Source: Bacillota bacterium (GTDB taxonomy: Bacteria > Bacillota > DTU025). Taken from it: 64,000 nt of DNA. The stretch is from contig JBMNJT010000003.1 of NCBI GenBank assembly GCA_050951805.1, positions 32,001 through 96,000 of the forward strand, in the 5' to 3' direction. Positions 50,333-60,820 of this stretch are shown in pieces (the first letter of the stretch is position 1; each line of letters opens with the position of its first letter). Below the pieces are notes generated by a model. The model made no database searches. It had not been told where the DNA came from and saw nothing but the letters and a program-made list of their open reading frames with translations. The position numbers and the translations under genes are program-made.

Positions 50333-51521
50333 CTAGTTCCACTCCTCTCGCTACTGAACAGACTGCATATGTGGTCCTGCACAATCAGATTCAATACTTC
50401 CTGAAATCCGATCTTTCCCTTGGCATTTAGGTGAAATACGATTCTCAAGGCCCATTAGTTGGGCTGCCCAAAGCGGGCAAACGCTTACCCCAATGATACC
50501 TTTATGAACGCCCATGCTCAATACCTAATGCATTTTGGGTTGCCGGGGCGTATGCGACGACTTATCAGTAGATGGGGGAAATATTACTCTCCAGCTGCCA
50601 CAGGCATGCTGAGGCGCAGCCAGAATCTGTGACATTGAGTGATGACGACTTGGACGCGATCTAGAAGCTTATTCTACGACAAATGGCTTGGAACCTTTCC
50701 GGCGAGCCTGTAAAAAGGCGGAATGAAATGCAAGAGCGAATGATTAGTTATGAGAGGCTTGTCTGCCTTGAAGGGGTGCCGAAGATTTGCGTCTAGGTAA
50801 CTCCCAATAAGGTTTTGCGCTACCGGTTAGCCTGCCATATGATGTCTGCTAGGAGTAGACACATCTTTGCACCTATGTCGCAGTGCGGTAATTGGTTCGC
50901 ATTTGTGCATCGACTGGCCTTAACCATAAACGCCCGCAGCACTCAGCCGCGCCGGGATATGCCCCCGGGGCAAAGCCAGGATGGGTGGCGTAATCGAAAT
51001 CCCGGTTCGACGCTCGCGGGCAACCATCTTTTTTACAACGACGAAAGCGACGCGCATACACTCCCGACCATGAGATCCGTGTGAGCGCTCCGACGGTTTA
51101 TGCATTTAACTCACTCATATGAAAGGGCGACTTGGGTCTGCCTTCAAGGAATGTGTCTATCTACGGCGCTCTAAGCAACCTCGAACTGAGCTTTGCCCTT
51201 CCCATCGGGTAACTTTTCCTGGGCGGTGCCCATACGAGAGCCGTTTGAAAGCGCTCAACTACCCTTTCAGAGCTACTTAGGATGCGATACTGGCGCCCAA
51301 GGCCGGAACAGTGCTATCGCTCGATTCTATATGAAGGTGTAATGCATTATGATGGAGAATACTGAGGACATCCGGGCCTTGCGGCCCAAAGACAGTCAAC
51401 TTTGGGCCGGACAATGCAGGCTTGCGCGGTTTACCGAGCAGTGTTGATGAAGGACATCGATATATCTCCTTGTACAGGAGTTTGGATAGAAACGGAACAA
51501 CGCGGGAGGTGCGATCAGGCT

Positions 51522-52586
51522 ATGGGAAAGCTTGAAGGCATTGAATCTATATATTACACGACAGACCGGGCGCAGTTTCATATCCTGATAAGAGGCGATT
51601 TCGATGCCGAGCCTATCGTGTTCGTTCATGGAAACACGGCATCGGCCACTTTTTGGGAAGAAGTGATGTTCGCGCTTCCGGACGATTACAGGAGCGTTGC
51701 ACCTGACATGAGGGGGTTTGGCCTCACTGAAGCTAAACCCGTAGACGCAACGAGAGGTGTCCGGGATTGGTCTGATGATCTATACGGCCTAACCTGGTCG
51801 CTCGGATTGAGAGAATTTCACCTTGTGGGCTGGTCATTAGGTGGAGGCATTGCCATGCAGTACTTGCTTGACCACCCGGGAAAGGTCATCACATTGACCC
51901 TTGTGGCCCCCATATCCCCTTACGGGTTTTCCGGAACGCGCGGGCCGGATGCGATTCCGTGCTGGCCTGACTATGCCGGTTCCGGCGGTGGAGGCGTCAA
52001 TCGGCAGTTCTTGGAGCTGATGAAAAGGAAAGTGAATGATGGAGGAGATGATCCGGCTTTACCCAGGAATATCCTGAACACCTGCTTCTGGAGGCCGGAA
52101 TTTCGCCCTGAACGAGAAGATGATTTCTTGGACGCCTTGCTTCAGACAGCCGTTGGCGACCACAATTACCCAGGCGATTTCGCCCCCTCGCCCAATTGGC
52201 CGGGATATGCCCCGGGAACTTGCGGCGTGCTCAATGCGATTTCACCGAAGTACTTCAGGGTTGATGGCATAGCCGATCTCGATGTGAAACCTCCCATACT
52301 ATGGGTGCGCGGTTCTGACGACCTGCTCATATCGGATGCCTCGCCATTTGATATAGGATACTTGGGCAGACTGGGATTAGTGCCAGGTTGGCCCGGTAAC
52401 GAGGTTTTTCCGCCTCAGCCAATGATAGAGCAGACCAGGGCCGTATTGGACCGGTATGCGAAGAATGGCGGATTTTTCCGGGAAGTTGTTTTCCAGGAAT
52501 GCGGTCATTCTCCCCACATCGAGAAGAAAGATGCTTTCGTCGCGGAACTGGTTGAACACATGAGATGGGCAACTACATACATCTAG
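51522..52586 (+). CDS. Alpha/beta hydrolase
   Basis: VFVHGN, APDMRGFG, GWSLGG nucleophile elbow, CGHSPHIE; GGGAGG RBS. Confidence 0.88.
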   Translation: MGKLEGIESIYYTTDRAQFHILIRGDFDAEPIVFVHGNTASATFWEEVMFALPDDYRSVAPDMRGFGLTEAKPVDATRGVRDWSDDLYGLTWSLGLREFHLVGWSLGGGIAMQYLLDHPGKVITLTLVAPISPYGFSGTRGPDAIPCWPDYAGSGGGGVNRQFLELMKRKVNDGGDDPALPRNILNTCFWRPEFRPEREDDFLDALLQTAVGDHNYPGDFAPSPNWPGYAPGTCGVLNAISPKYFRVDGIADLDVKPPILWVRGSDDLLISDASPFDIGYLGRLGLVPGWPGNEVFPPQPMIEQTRAVLDRYAKNGGFFREVVFQECGHSPHIEKKDAFVAELVEHMRWATTYI

Positions 52587-52709
52587 CCAACCATCTGGCG
52601 ATTGCCCGCTCTTCGCTGGACGAATCCCGCGTTGCGGCCTGGGAACCAGGCTCAGTCTTTAAAATGCGTCTGTAAGGCGGGGAGGCGCCATGTGGTGCGG
52701 GGACGATGG

Positions 52710-53753
52710 TTACCCGAGATATCTTGGATCGAAATATGTCTTGCCGAAAAACTCCGGAACAGGGTTATACTCCTTAACCATCAATTTGTAATCAAGCGGC
52801 ATCAGGCAGCGGCGCCTGAGCCACCGGAGCTCTTCCTCCTCGGCATCCACGGTGATGATTAGAAAGTCTACCCCGTGTTCCAAAGCTAAGTTGTTTGCCT
52901 TTGCGATCAGCGCCTGCGCCTCGCTGCGCTGGCCCGGACGTGTGATGATATCGTACACGTTCCAGATACGCAGCTTTTGGCTGAGCATGGGGATTTTGGG
53001 CAGAGGGACCAAATGGCTGGCTGCCCTGAGAACCGTGCCGAGAATCTCGAAGGGTCTAGGCATGGCGGAGACGCGGTAGGCGCAGTTGAGTGAAGAATCC
53101 CATATCTTCAGAGAAGAAGATCCACATTCCATCTTGGTCACTAGGTATTTGTCCAGCAGACCTTGCATGTAGCTGAAATCATCCATGATGGGCCAGAGCT
53201 GGTATGGACCGTCATAATGCTTCGCTGCAGCGAGATGCTCTTCCATTGCATCCACATGTGAAATCGTCTGGACCTCGCGGGAGACTCTAATTCGGCGGAA
53301 GACCGGAAATGTGAGGAAACGTTTCTCACCACGGGGCGTTGCTCCCATGCGTGTAGCAATGCTGTACGAGCGGGAGTTGTCCTCCTTTATCAGCCCGTAT
53401 ATGAACTCCGTTCCACACTGCAGAAGGCGGTCCTCAAGGCCCTTCCATATCAAGTACATCGCCCTGGACAGTCCCTTATTCGTCTCCGGGTTGGAGCGGA
53501 GGTCGAACATGTATGCGCCTATTCGCTCTCGTCCCCCTACGCGAACGGGCAGGACCGAGGCGGCCATAACGCCGTGCAGCTTGCCGGTGGTCTCGTTTTC
53601 GCCGACAAAAAGCAGCGTGTTTTCAAACTGTCTGGCCCTACTGAAAAAACTGTCCCGCTCTCCGATAAGGCGGATCTGATCTCCCTGCCCTGCCACTGAT
53701 TCAATGCCGAGGAGAACAGCATCGTCCTTGGGTTCAGCCGACCTGATGATCAT
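52710..53753 (-). CDS. GNAT-fold protein (probable acyl/aminoacyl transferase)
   Basis: IIRSAEPKD, YMFDLRSNPETNKGLS, YGLIKEDNSRS; GGAGG RBS. Confidence 0.55.
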   Translation of the reverse strand: MIIRSAEPKDDAVLLGIESVAGQGDQIRLIGERDSFFSRARQFENTLLFVGENETTGKLHGVMAASVLPVRVGGRERIGAYMFDLRSNPETNKGLSRAMYLIWKGLEDRLLQCGTEFIYGLIKEDNSRSYSIATRMGATPRGEKRFLTFPVFRRIRVSREVQTISHVDAMEEHLAAAKHYDGPYQLWPIMDDFSYMQGLLDKYLVTKMECGSSSLKIWDSSLNCAYRVSAMPRPFEILGTVLRAASHLVPLPKIPMLSQKLRIWNVYDIITRPGQRSEAQALIAKANNLALEHGVDFLIITVDAEEEELRWLRRRCLMPLDYKLMVKEYNPVPEFFGKTYFDPRYLG

Positions 53754-53861
53754 CGTGACCCCTCCTGAGATCGCAGACTTCGGTAATTTCAGGTTCGGAA
53801 CGAGTTGCGCCATGGCCACCAGGCCAAATCAAAGATTCCACCTTACCTCAAAGTCGTCGGA

Positions 53862-55076
53862 CTATCTGGCGAATGCCGCGTAGATCAATACGCCTACATA
53901 GAAGACGAAGAGCGCTACTCTCACGATCGGGGAAAAGGCGATGCCCACCTGGTACTCTGGTTCACGTTCTGAGCGTTTCCGCGCTTTTGCAAGAATGAAG
54001 ATGGGCAGCACTGCCAGTATAACGCCTCCCACTGAACCTGCAGTCTGAATCATATCAACGAAATCGAAGTTGCCTACAGAGGCTAGGACGACCGATGGCG
54101 TGATAGTGATTGCAAAAGCAGCCAAACGAGCCCCGATATCCCACTCGGATTTGAACCGGAAGATCTCTACGACATTTCCCAGCGCAGCACCGGCGCCTCC
54201 CCAAAAGGATGTGAGGAGCGCCAACAGGGCGAAGAGGTTCACTGCGAAGTATATGGCAGGACCGAGCGCCTGTCCCCACGAGATCGTTACGACCTCGGAA
54301 ATCTCGCCGGGGTCTTGAAGCCCGAAGATTGCCATGGGGAAGATGAGCAGAAACAGGAGGTTGATCCCGAGTCCCCACTTGATCGCGGTCGGCGCCGATC
54401 TGGGATCATGGGCTAAGCCGCGGACGATTTCGGGGACCAAAGACTGTGACATGGATGTGAATATACCCACAGGGAGCGCCGCCGCCAACGGCTTGGCGGA
54501 GAACCGTGCCAGGCGCGCAGGATCGAAGCTTGGATGCCTCATTGAGATGCCTGCGAATAGGAGCAGAACTGACATCATGGCGATGCTGGACACTCCTTGG
54601 GCCAAGCCTGCAGCCTCGAGGCCAAGCCATACCACGGCAGCGCCTGGGAGGAGGAACAGGAGATGCCCTGCCCACGCTGGGAGGGCAAGAAGGGACGAGA
54701 TGATTGCGCCGCCGCCGATCACATAGGCTGTGAGGGATGGTATGACCAATCCAATTGTCAGAGATGACACCAAAAGCAGATAGAGTTTGCCATGTCGGCT
54801 GTCGAACATGTAGGTTCGTACCAGACCAACAAGTTGGCCTGGGCTCTTCGTGCGGAGCATGATCTCTACAATGTACAAGTGAGAGATTGCAGAGAAGACA
54901 GTTGTTATGACCGCCACAGTCACAGCTCCAAGATAGCCAGATGCTCTTGCTGCATACGGCAAGGACAGAATCGCTGCCCCCACATTTCCGCCCACAAGCA
55001 TCATCACTGCTTCGACGAGGCTGAGTCTTTTTATGTGAAGGGCGCCCTGCTCGAAGCCTATGGCCATGCTCATCAC
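53862..55076 (-). CDS. Aromatic amino acid permease-like transporter (TyrP/HAAAP)
   Basis: GGNVGAAILSLPY, LTAYVIGGG, LVPEIV, FALLALLTSFWG; many TM segments. Confidence 0.78.
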   Translation of the reverse strand: MMSMAIGFEQGALHIKRLSLVEAVMMLVGGNVGAAILSLPYAARASGYLGAVTVAVITTVFSAISHLYIVEIMLRTKSPGQLVGLVRTYMFDSRHGKLYLLLVSSLTIGLVIPSLTAYVIGGGAIISSLLALPAWAGHLLFLLPGAAVVWLGLEAAGLAQGVSSIAMMSVLLLFAGISMRHPSFDPARLARFSAKPLAAALPVGIFTSMSQSLVPEIVRGLAHDPRSAPTAIKWGLGINLLFLLIFPMAIFGLQDPGEISEVVTISWGQALGPAIYFAVNLFALLALLTSFWGGAGAALGNVVEIFRFKSEWDIGARLAAFAITITPSVVLASVGNFDFVDMIQTAGSVGGVILAVLPIFILAKARKRSEREPEYQVGIAFSPIVRVALFVFYVGVLIYAAFAR

Positions 55077-55235
55077 CTACGTTTTTCAGTTAGCCTCCTA
55101 AATTCCATATATTTTCTCATATTCCTGCTGTCAAATCGGAGGATTCTTCTTTAATATGTGCAACTCGCAACGCCGCTGCGGTTTCTATACTATGAGCGGC
55201 GATCGATGAATACTCTCTTATGAACAATTCAACGA

Positions 55236-56243
55236 TTGGAGGGGTGTATGGTGTCGCTCCCGTTTACAACTGGTGAGCGGTTCGGACTATTAGCTGCGCT
55301 CATTGTGGCGGCAGCGGCAGTTGTTGTGAGTCCGTGGGCCTGCGGAGCCCAGCAGCTTGCTTGCATACATGTCGCAGAGGCCTGTCTGACTGCCATTCCT
55401 TCTTTCCCGGGCATCTGTCATGCGTCAGTGCTTCTGCCTGAGACTGTGCGCAAGGAGTTCATGTTCGTTCAGGGAGGAAAGGTCTACTGTGTTGCGCTCG
55501 GAGGTTTGGAGGAGCCTGGTGATGCCGGCACGGAATCTGTGTCGATAATCCGTTTTGGACTGGGGGCTGAGCCCGAAAACATAGGCAAGATAGAAGGAAA
55601 CGCCATGTCTGTGTGGCTCCTCGGAGACATCAACAAAGACGGTTGCATGGAAATGCTGGTGCGAAGGTCCGAAGGGCATTTCGCGTACAAGACTTCCATC
55701 GTCTACATAGATCAGAAGGATCGCATGAGATCATTTGACATATCAGGATACACAGACAGCCAAGGCTCAACTGATCTCTTTCTGACCCCTGAATCCTTTG
55801 CTGATCTCGATGGCGACAGAATCCCGGAGATCGTAGCTACTGTGAGCCCCAAGGGGTTCCCATCTCTTCTGGGAGCTAAGCCTCCTCAGATCAGCCTTGT
55901 ATTCGAATTGAACGGGACGACCTATTCCCCAACCGGCCAGAGATTCGCGGAGATATATCGCTTCCTCGCAGCTCAAACCCGCTGCGAGCTTGCATCTTAT
56001 TGGGATTTCGAGGTCGTGGAGTATCCACAGAGCTACGTTAGGTCCTGTTGCGAGTTGCTGCTTTATCATGCTTTGGCTGGCGACGCAGATGTTGGGGCGG
56101 AAGAGTTTGACAAGGCAATTCGCATCCTGCAGGATGCGGGGGTAGAGATTACTGAAGACGACAACAGAGCACTGAAAGAGTTTGGGCGCGAGAGGGAAGC
56201 CATTGTACACGAAATCATGAGGGGGTTGTTAACCGGTCCATGA
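55236..56243 (+). CDS. Exported hypothetical protein with FG-GAP/VCBS-like Ca-binding motifs
   Basis: Hydrophobic N-terminus; GDINKDGCMEMLV and ADLDGDRIPEIV. Confidence 0.6.
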   Translation: MEGCMVSLPFTTGERFGLLAALIVAAAAVVVSPWACGAQQLACIHVAEACLTAIPSFPGICHASVLLPETVRKEFMFVQGGKVYCVALGGLEEPGDAGTESVSIIRFGLGAEPENIGKIEGNAMSVWLLGDINKDGCMEMLVRRSEGHFAYKTSIVYIDQKDRMRSFDISGYTDSQGSTDLFLTPESFADLDGDRIPEIVATVSPKGFPSLLGAKPPQISLVFELNGTTYSPTGQRFAEIYRFLAAQTRCELASYWDFEVVEYPQSYVRSCCELLLYHALAGDADVGAEEFDKAIRILQDAGVEITEDDNRALKEFGREREAIVHEIMRGLLTGP

Positions 56244-56411
56244 CATATCGGCGCTGTCTCAGTCTGCGGACCCTGTCTTTGCTGCAGGGACCGATCTGGC
56301 GACCTCAATTCGATGTCGGACAGGCGTGGGTTCAAAAGGTTTGACAACCGCAAGTTGGACCAGGACATATAGAAGAAGACAATGATATTCGATATCTTAT
56401 GCAAAAACTTG

Positions 56412-56440
56412 TTGACAAAGCGATTGTGAAGCATTACACT
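56412..56440 (+). promoter_or_regulatory. Sigma70-type promoter of the grd operon
   Basis: TTGACA-17 nt-TACACT. Confidence 0.72.
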
Positions 56441-56464
56441 AACTGTGATGGAATAGCGTCGCCG

Positions 56465-56662
56465 AAGGAACGCTGCGGGAGAGCCTCACAGTAAGCATGA
56501 GATGATCGGCTTGCAGGTGAGCGCCGAAGGAGCAAAGGCACTGCACATTGCCGTGGTGGTTGCCCAAAACTTTCAGGCAAAAGGACCGTAGCTGGACGGC
56601 ATCTCTGGAGAGGCGCATACCGCACCGAAGGAGTAAATCTCTCAGGTTTTATGACAGAGACG
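56465..56662 (+). ncRNA. Tandem glycine riboswitch
   Basis: GGGAGAG..CGCCGAAGGAG..AAACTTTCAGGCAAAAGGAC, then CTCTGGAGAG..CACCGAAGGAG..TCTCTCAGG..GACAGAG. Confidence 0.93.
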
Positions 56663-56707
56663 ACGGCAGGATTGTTTTGCCATGTCGGTTCTCTGTCTTT
56701 TCTTTTT
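56653..56707 (+). terminator. Terminator overlapping the second glycine aptamer (ON-switch architecture)
   Basis: GACAGAGACGACGGCAGG..TTTGCCATGTCGGTTCTCTGTC followed by TTTTCTTTTT. Confidence 0.75.
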
Positions 56708-56763
56708 GCTGCGTTTGCTAAGACTATCGAATATGGCATTGGATTTTCGGGAGGACGGCGACG

Positions 56764-57198
56764 ATGGATTCTCGTACATACCGCGTGATCACGAATAACC
56801 CGCTTGTTGCCGCTACATGGCCTGGCTCAGTCGAATGGGTGTCGGGAAGCGTCAAGGACGTTTTCCGCTGCGTGCGCGACTATGTCCATGCTGGCCATGT
56901 TCTTCTCACACATCCTCTGTCTGGAAGCGTGAAGCCGAACGAGAGCCCATACAAATCCGTCATCATCACTGATTATCCTGCTTCAGCAATGGTGGATTTG
57001 GATTCGCTGCGGATAATTGAGGGCGCCATGGTTGTTCTGCATAACCTTGGGGCACCCAGATTCACACATATTCCGCCGCGCGTAGACGATGATTACCAGT
57101 TGATCGACTGCGATCTCATGGCGAGCGCGATAGAGAGCCTGCATGACGCGGCGTGGAATGGCCCAGTTGAGGGTTGCAAGACCGAGGCTTTTCAGTAG
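56764..57198 (+). CDS. grdX: GrdX family protein
   Basis: VITNNPLV, VRDYVHAGHVLLTHPLSGSVKPNESPYKS, DYQLID. Confidence 0.9.
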   Translation: MDSRTYRVITNNPLVAATWPGSVEWVSGSVKDVFRCVRDYVHAGHVLLTHPLSGSVKPNESPYKSVIITDYPASAMVDLDSLRIIEGAMVVLHNLGAPRFTHIPPRVDDDYQLIDCDLMASAIESLHDAAWNGPVEGCKTEAFQ

Positions 57199-57231
57199 AG
57201 CTAGTTCGAGGCAAGGAAGGAGCGTCTAACC

Positions 57232-58476
57232 ATGGCGGCCGAAGATATGAAGACATATGACGTGATTATCGTAGGCGGGGGCCCTGCAGGCTTGTCCGCT
57301 GCCCTGTATGCATCGCGATCTAAGCTTTCTACACTGGTGTTGGAGAAGGCGAAGCCCGGCGGGCAAGCCGGTACCACAGAATGGCTGGAGAACTATCCAG
57401 GGTTTCCGGGAGGCGTTAAAGGTCCTGAGCTGATGGAGCATTTTGCAGCTCAGGCCAGGGAATTCGGCGCAGAGATCATAAAGGACGACGTCGCATCAGT
57501 CGACTTTTCGGGAGAAAAGAAGCTAGTCTGCACTGCCGGGGGAGGTCAGTACTCGGCCAGTGCTGTAATACTTTGCCCTGGTGCTGAGCCCCGCACCCTT
57601 GGGCTTCCTGGCGAACGGGAGCTTCGAGGCAAGGGCGTGTCTTATTGCGCAACATGCGATGGAGACTTCTTCACCGATCTTGACATCGTAGTGATCGGGA
57701 ATGGAGATGCTGCTGTTGAAGAGGCGATGTACCTTACAAGGTTCGCCGAATCCGTTACTATGATCGTTGTTCACGACGAGGGCATCCTCGATGCCACTGC
57801 GGTCATCCGTGATCGCGCTTTCAAGAATCCCAAGATGAAATGGGTATGGAACTCTGTCGTTGACGAAATACGTGGCGACGGGATAGTGGAGTCGGTCATC
57901 ATAAGGAACCTAAAGACCAATGAACGGACTGAGCTTGAAACCAACGGCGTCTTCGTCTTCGTGGGAACAGTTCCAAACACCCAGTTTTTGTCTGGAGCGG
58001 TGGAGATGGATAAGCGGGGCTACATAATCGCCAACGAACAGATGGAGACTTCGGTAGACGGGGTTTACTGCGCCGGGGATGCCAGGGTTAAGTATCTCAG
58101 GCAGGTGATTACGGCGGCTGCTGACGGCGCAATTGCCGCGGTGGCTGCTGAAAAATACATCCATGAGGAAGAGGGCTTCCGTGAGATGGTGCTGGCGCCA
58201 GCGTCCCCAGTCATGGTCTGCTTCTGGAGCCCCACATCCCAGGAATCACTCGATTTTATGCCCGCTGTGGAGAGAATCGCCGAGGCGCGCGCGGGTTCGC
58301 TCAACCTGGTCAAAATAGACATATACAAGAACCAGCGCATTGCCGGCAGGTACGAGATATCGGCTGCCCCTTCGATACTCTTCTTCAATAAAGGACAGGT
58401 TTGCGAGCGGGTGCAGTGGCCCACAACCGAAGAGGAACTCACGCTGGTAGCTGACAGGGTAATCTCCGGCAAGTGA
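57232..58476 (+). CDS. trxB: Thioredoxin reductase with a C-terminal CxxC-less thioredoxin-like domain
   Basis: [43 protein letters not shown]; C-terminus [25 protein letters not shown]. Confidence 0.9.
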   Translation: MAAEDMKTYDVIIVGGGPAGLSAALYASRSKLSTLVLEKAKPGGQAGTTEWLENYPGFPGGVKGPELMEHFAAQAREFGAEIIKDDVASVDFSGEKKLVCTAGGGQYSASAVILCPGAEPRTLGLPGERELRGKGVSYCATCDGDFFTDLDIVVIGNGDAAVEEAMYLTRFAESVTMIVVHDEGILDATAVIRDRAFKNPKMKWVWNSVVDEIRGDGIVESVIIRNLKTNERTELETNGVFVFVGTVPNTQFLSGAVEMDKRGYIIANEQMETSVDGVYCAGDARVKYLRQVITAAADGAIAAVAAEKYIHEEEGFREMVLAPASPVMVCFWSPTSQESLDFMPAVERIAEARAGSLNLVKIDIYKNQRIAGRYEISAAPSILFFNKGQVCERVQWPTTEEELTLVADRVISGK

Positions 58477-58543
58477 GGTTGAGCAGACGGCTTTCGACGG
58501 TTGACTATCGGGCCCACTTAGCAGATTAAGGAGGTGAACAAGG

Positions 58544-58864
58544 ATGGTCCAAGTAGACAAGGTAAACTTCGAGGAAGAGGTCTTGCAGGCAAAAGGCCCA
58601 GTTTTGGTCGATTTCTGGAGCACCAAGTGTGAGCCGTGTATGGCACTTCTGCCTGATGTGGAGGCACTTGAAGCCAAATACGGAGATCAGATCAAATTCT
58701 GCAAACTCAACGTGCTTGAAAACAGGCGTCTGGCTATAAGCCAGAAGGTTCTCGGCCTTCCGACCATATGCATCTACAAGGATGGCGAGAAGGTGGCAGA
58801 GCTGACTAAGGATGATGCGACTGCTGCCAACATAGAGGCGATGATTAAGGAGCAGATTCAGTAG
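58544..58864 (+). CDS. trxA: Thioredoxin (grd-associated)
   Basis: VDFWSTKCEPC, NRRLAISQKVLGLPT. Confidence 0.92.
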   Translation: MVQVDKVNFEEEVLQAKGPVLVDFWSTKCEPCMALLPDVEALEAKYGDQIKFCKLNVLENRRLAISQKVLGLPTICIYKDGEKVAELTKDDATAANIEAMIKEQIQ

Positions 58865-58891
58865 CAGAGTCCTGCTCTGGAGGTGAAGTAA

Positions 58892-60178
58892 ATGCGGTTG
58901 GAACTTGGCAGAATACGCATTAAGGACGTGCAGTTCGGCCCTGCAACCAAAGTAGAGGACGGCGTACTCTACGTGGATCGAGCGGCTATCGAAGCGATCG
59001 TCCGCGAGGACGAGAGGATCGCCGATGTCACTGTGGAGCTCGCGAAGCCCGGGGAAGAGGTAAGGATCATCCCTGTGAAGGACGTCATCGAGCCTCGGGT
59101 CAAGGTGGAAGGCGCGGGCGGCGTGTTCCCCGGAATGGTCAGCAAGGTTGAGACTGTCGGCGACGGGCGCACTCATGTTCTTTCGGGAGCCGCTGTCGTG
59201 ACCTGTGGCAAAGTCGTCGGCTTCCAAGAGGGGATCATCGACATGACTGGTCCGGGCGCCGACTACACTCCGTTCTCAAAACTGAACAACGTGGTTGTAG
59301 TCTGCGAACCCATCGCCGGCCTGCCGCAGCACGAGCACGAGGTAGCCATAAGGATGGCCGGCCTCAAGGTAGCGGCCTATCTGGGCGAGGCAGGGCGCGA
59401 TATTGAGCCCGACGAGGTCGATGTCTACGAGTGCTTGCCCCTGTTGGAGCAGGTCAATGCCTATCCCGATCTGCCCAAGGTAGTATACGTTTACATGCTG
59501 CAGAGCCAGGGGTTGTTGCATGACACCTACGTATATGGAGTAGACGCCAAGAAGATTCTGCCCACGCTCATCTACCCGACTGAGGTGATGGATGGGGCGA
59601 TCGTGTCGGGGAACTGTGTGTCGGCGTGTGACAAGAACACTACTTACCACCATCAGAACTCGCCGGTCATACACGACCTCCTAGCACGCCACGGGCGCGA
59701 TATCAACTTCATCGGCGTCGTGATCACCAACGAGAACGTCACCTTGGCCGACAAGGAGCGCTCCTCCAACTTCGCTTCGAAGCTAGTGGAGATGCTCGGG
59801 GCTGAAGGCGCCGTAGTATCGGAGGAAGGATTCGGGAATCCCGATGCCGACCTCATCATGAACTGCGTTAAGCTGGAGAAGAAGGGGATCAAGACGGTCC
59901 TCGTTACCGACGAGTACGCCGGCAGGGACGGCGCGTCGCAGTCTCTTGCAGACGCTAACCCTCTGGCAAACGCAGTGGTAACGGCCGGCAACGCCAACGA
60001 AGTGGTCAACCTTCCGCCTATGAAGAAGGTAATCGGACATCCGGAGGCGGCCAATATCATCGCAGGGGGTTGGGACGGTTCGCTCGCGTCGGACGGCTCG
60101 ATCACTGCGGAACTCCAGGTTATAACTGGAGCCACCAACGAACTGGGATTCAACAAACTCTCAGCTAGAGAGGCGTGA
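58892..60178 (+). CDS. grdE: Glycine reductase component B alpha/beta proprotein
   Basis: MRLELG, PVKDVIEPR, FQEGIIDM, QSQGLLHDTY, SGNCVSACDKN, EEGFGNPDADL, TDEYAGRDG. Confidence 0.92.
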   Translation: MRLELGRIRIKDVQFGPATKVEDGVLYVDRAAIEAIVREDERIADVTVELAKPGEEVRIIPVKDVIEPRVKVEGAGGVFPGMVSKVETVGDGRTHVLSGAAVVTCGKVVGFQEGIIDMTGPGADYTPFSKLNNVVVVCEPIAGLPQHEHEVAIRMAGLKVAAYLGEAGRDIEPDEVDVYECLPLLEQVNAYPDLPKVVYVYMLQSQGLLHDTYVYGVDAKKILPTLIYPTEVMDGAIVSGNCVSACDKNTTYHHQNSPVIHDLLARHGRDINFIGVVITNENVTLADKERSSNFASKLVEMLGAEGAVVSEEGFGNPDADLIMNCVKLEKKGIKTVLVTDEYAGRDGASQSLADANPLANAVVTAGNANEVVNLPPMKKVIGHPEAANIIAGGWDGSLASDGSITAELQVITGATNELGFNKLSAREA

Positions 60179-60256
60179 GTTTGCCGTAGGGCGTCACGGC
60201 TTTGCTGAGCTGAGACTGCTAAATTCAACTAAGAAGCTGGGAAAGGAGATGCCGCA

Positions 60257-60724
60257 ATGATTCTCGACGGCAAAAAAGTTGTCGCTCTGGGCGACCGCGA
60301 TGGTATCCCAGGCGGCGCCATTGAAGAATGCGTCAAGACGGCCGGCGGCGAAGTTGTCTTCTCTGTAAGCGAGTGCTTTGTCTGAACGGCTGCCGGCGCC
60401 ATGGACATTGAAAACCAGAGGAGAGTAAAGGAACTGGCCGAGAAGTACGGCGCAGAGAACCTTGTAGTAATCCTCGGGGGAGCGGAGGCTGAGGCTTCGG
60501 GGCTCACAGCAGAGACTGTGACCGCCGGTGACCCCACCTACGCAGGTCCTTTGGCGGGAGTCCAGTTGGGACTGAGTGTTTGGCACATAGTGGAAGACGA
60601 GATAAAGGCGGAAATAGATCCTGAGGTGTATGACGAACAGGTTGGAATGATGGAAATGGTCCTGGACGTCGATGCCATCAAAGAAGAGGTTAGCTCTATA
60701 CGCAAGCAGTACAGCAAGTACTGA
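60257..60724 (+). CDS. grdA: Glycine reductase selenoprotein A (Sec at UGA 60383-60385)
   Basis: ATG 60257 after AAAGGAG; GDRDGIPG...ECFV-U-TAAGAMD, in frame with ORF 60401..60724 ([12 protein letters not shown]). Confidence 0.95.
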
Positions 60725-60820
60725 TCCAGGGCCTGCTGCCGCAATCGGCGGCAGCGAGTCGGGAACTGACTGATGCTTACAGCGGGTTGAGCTAAACCCT
60801 CTTGTGAGGAGGGAAGCGGA

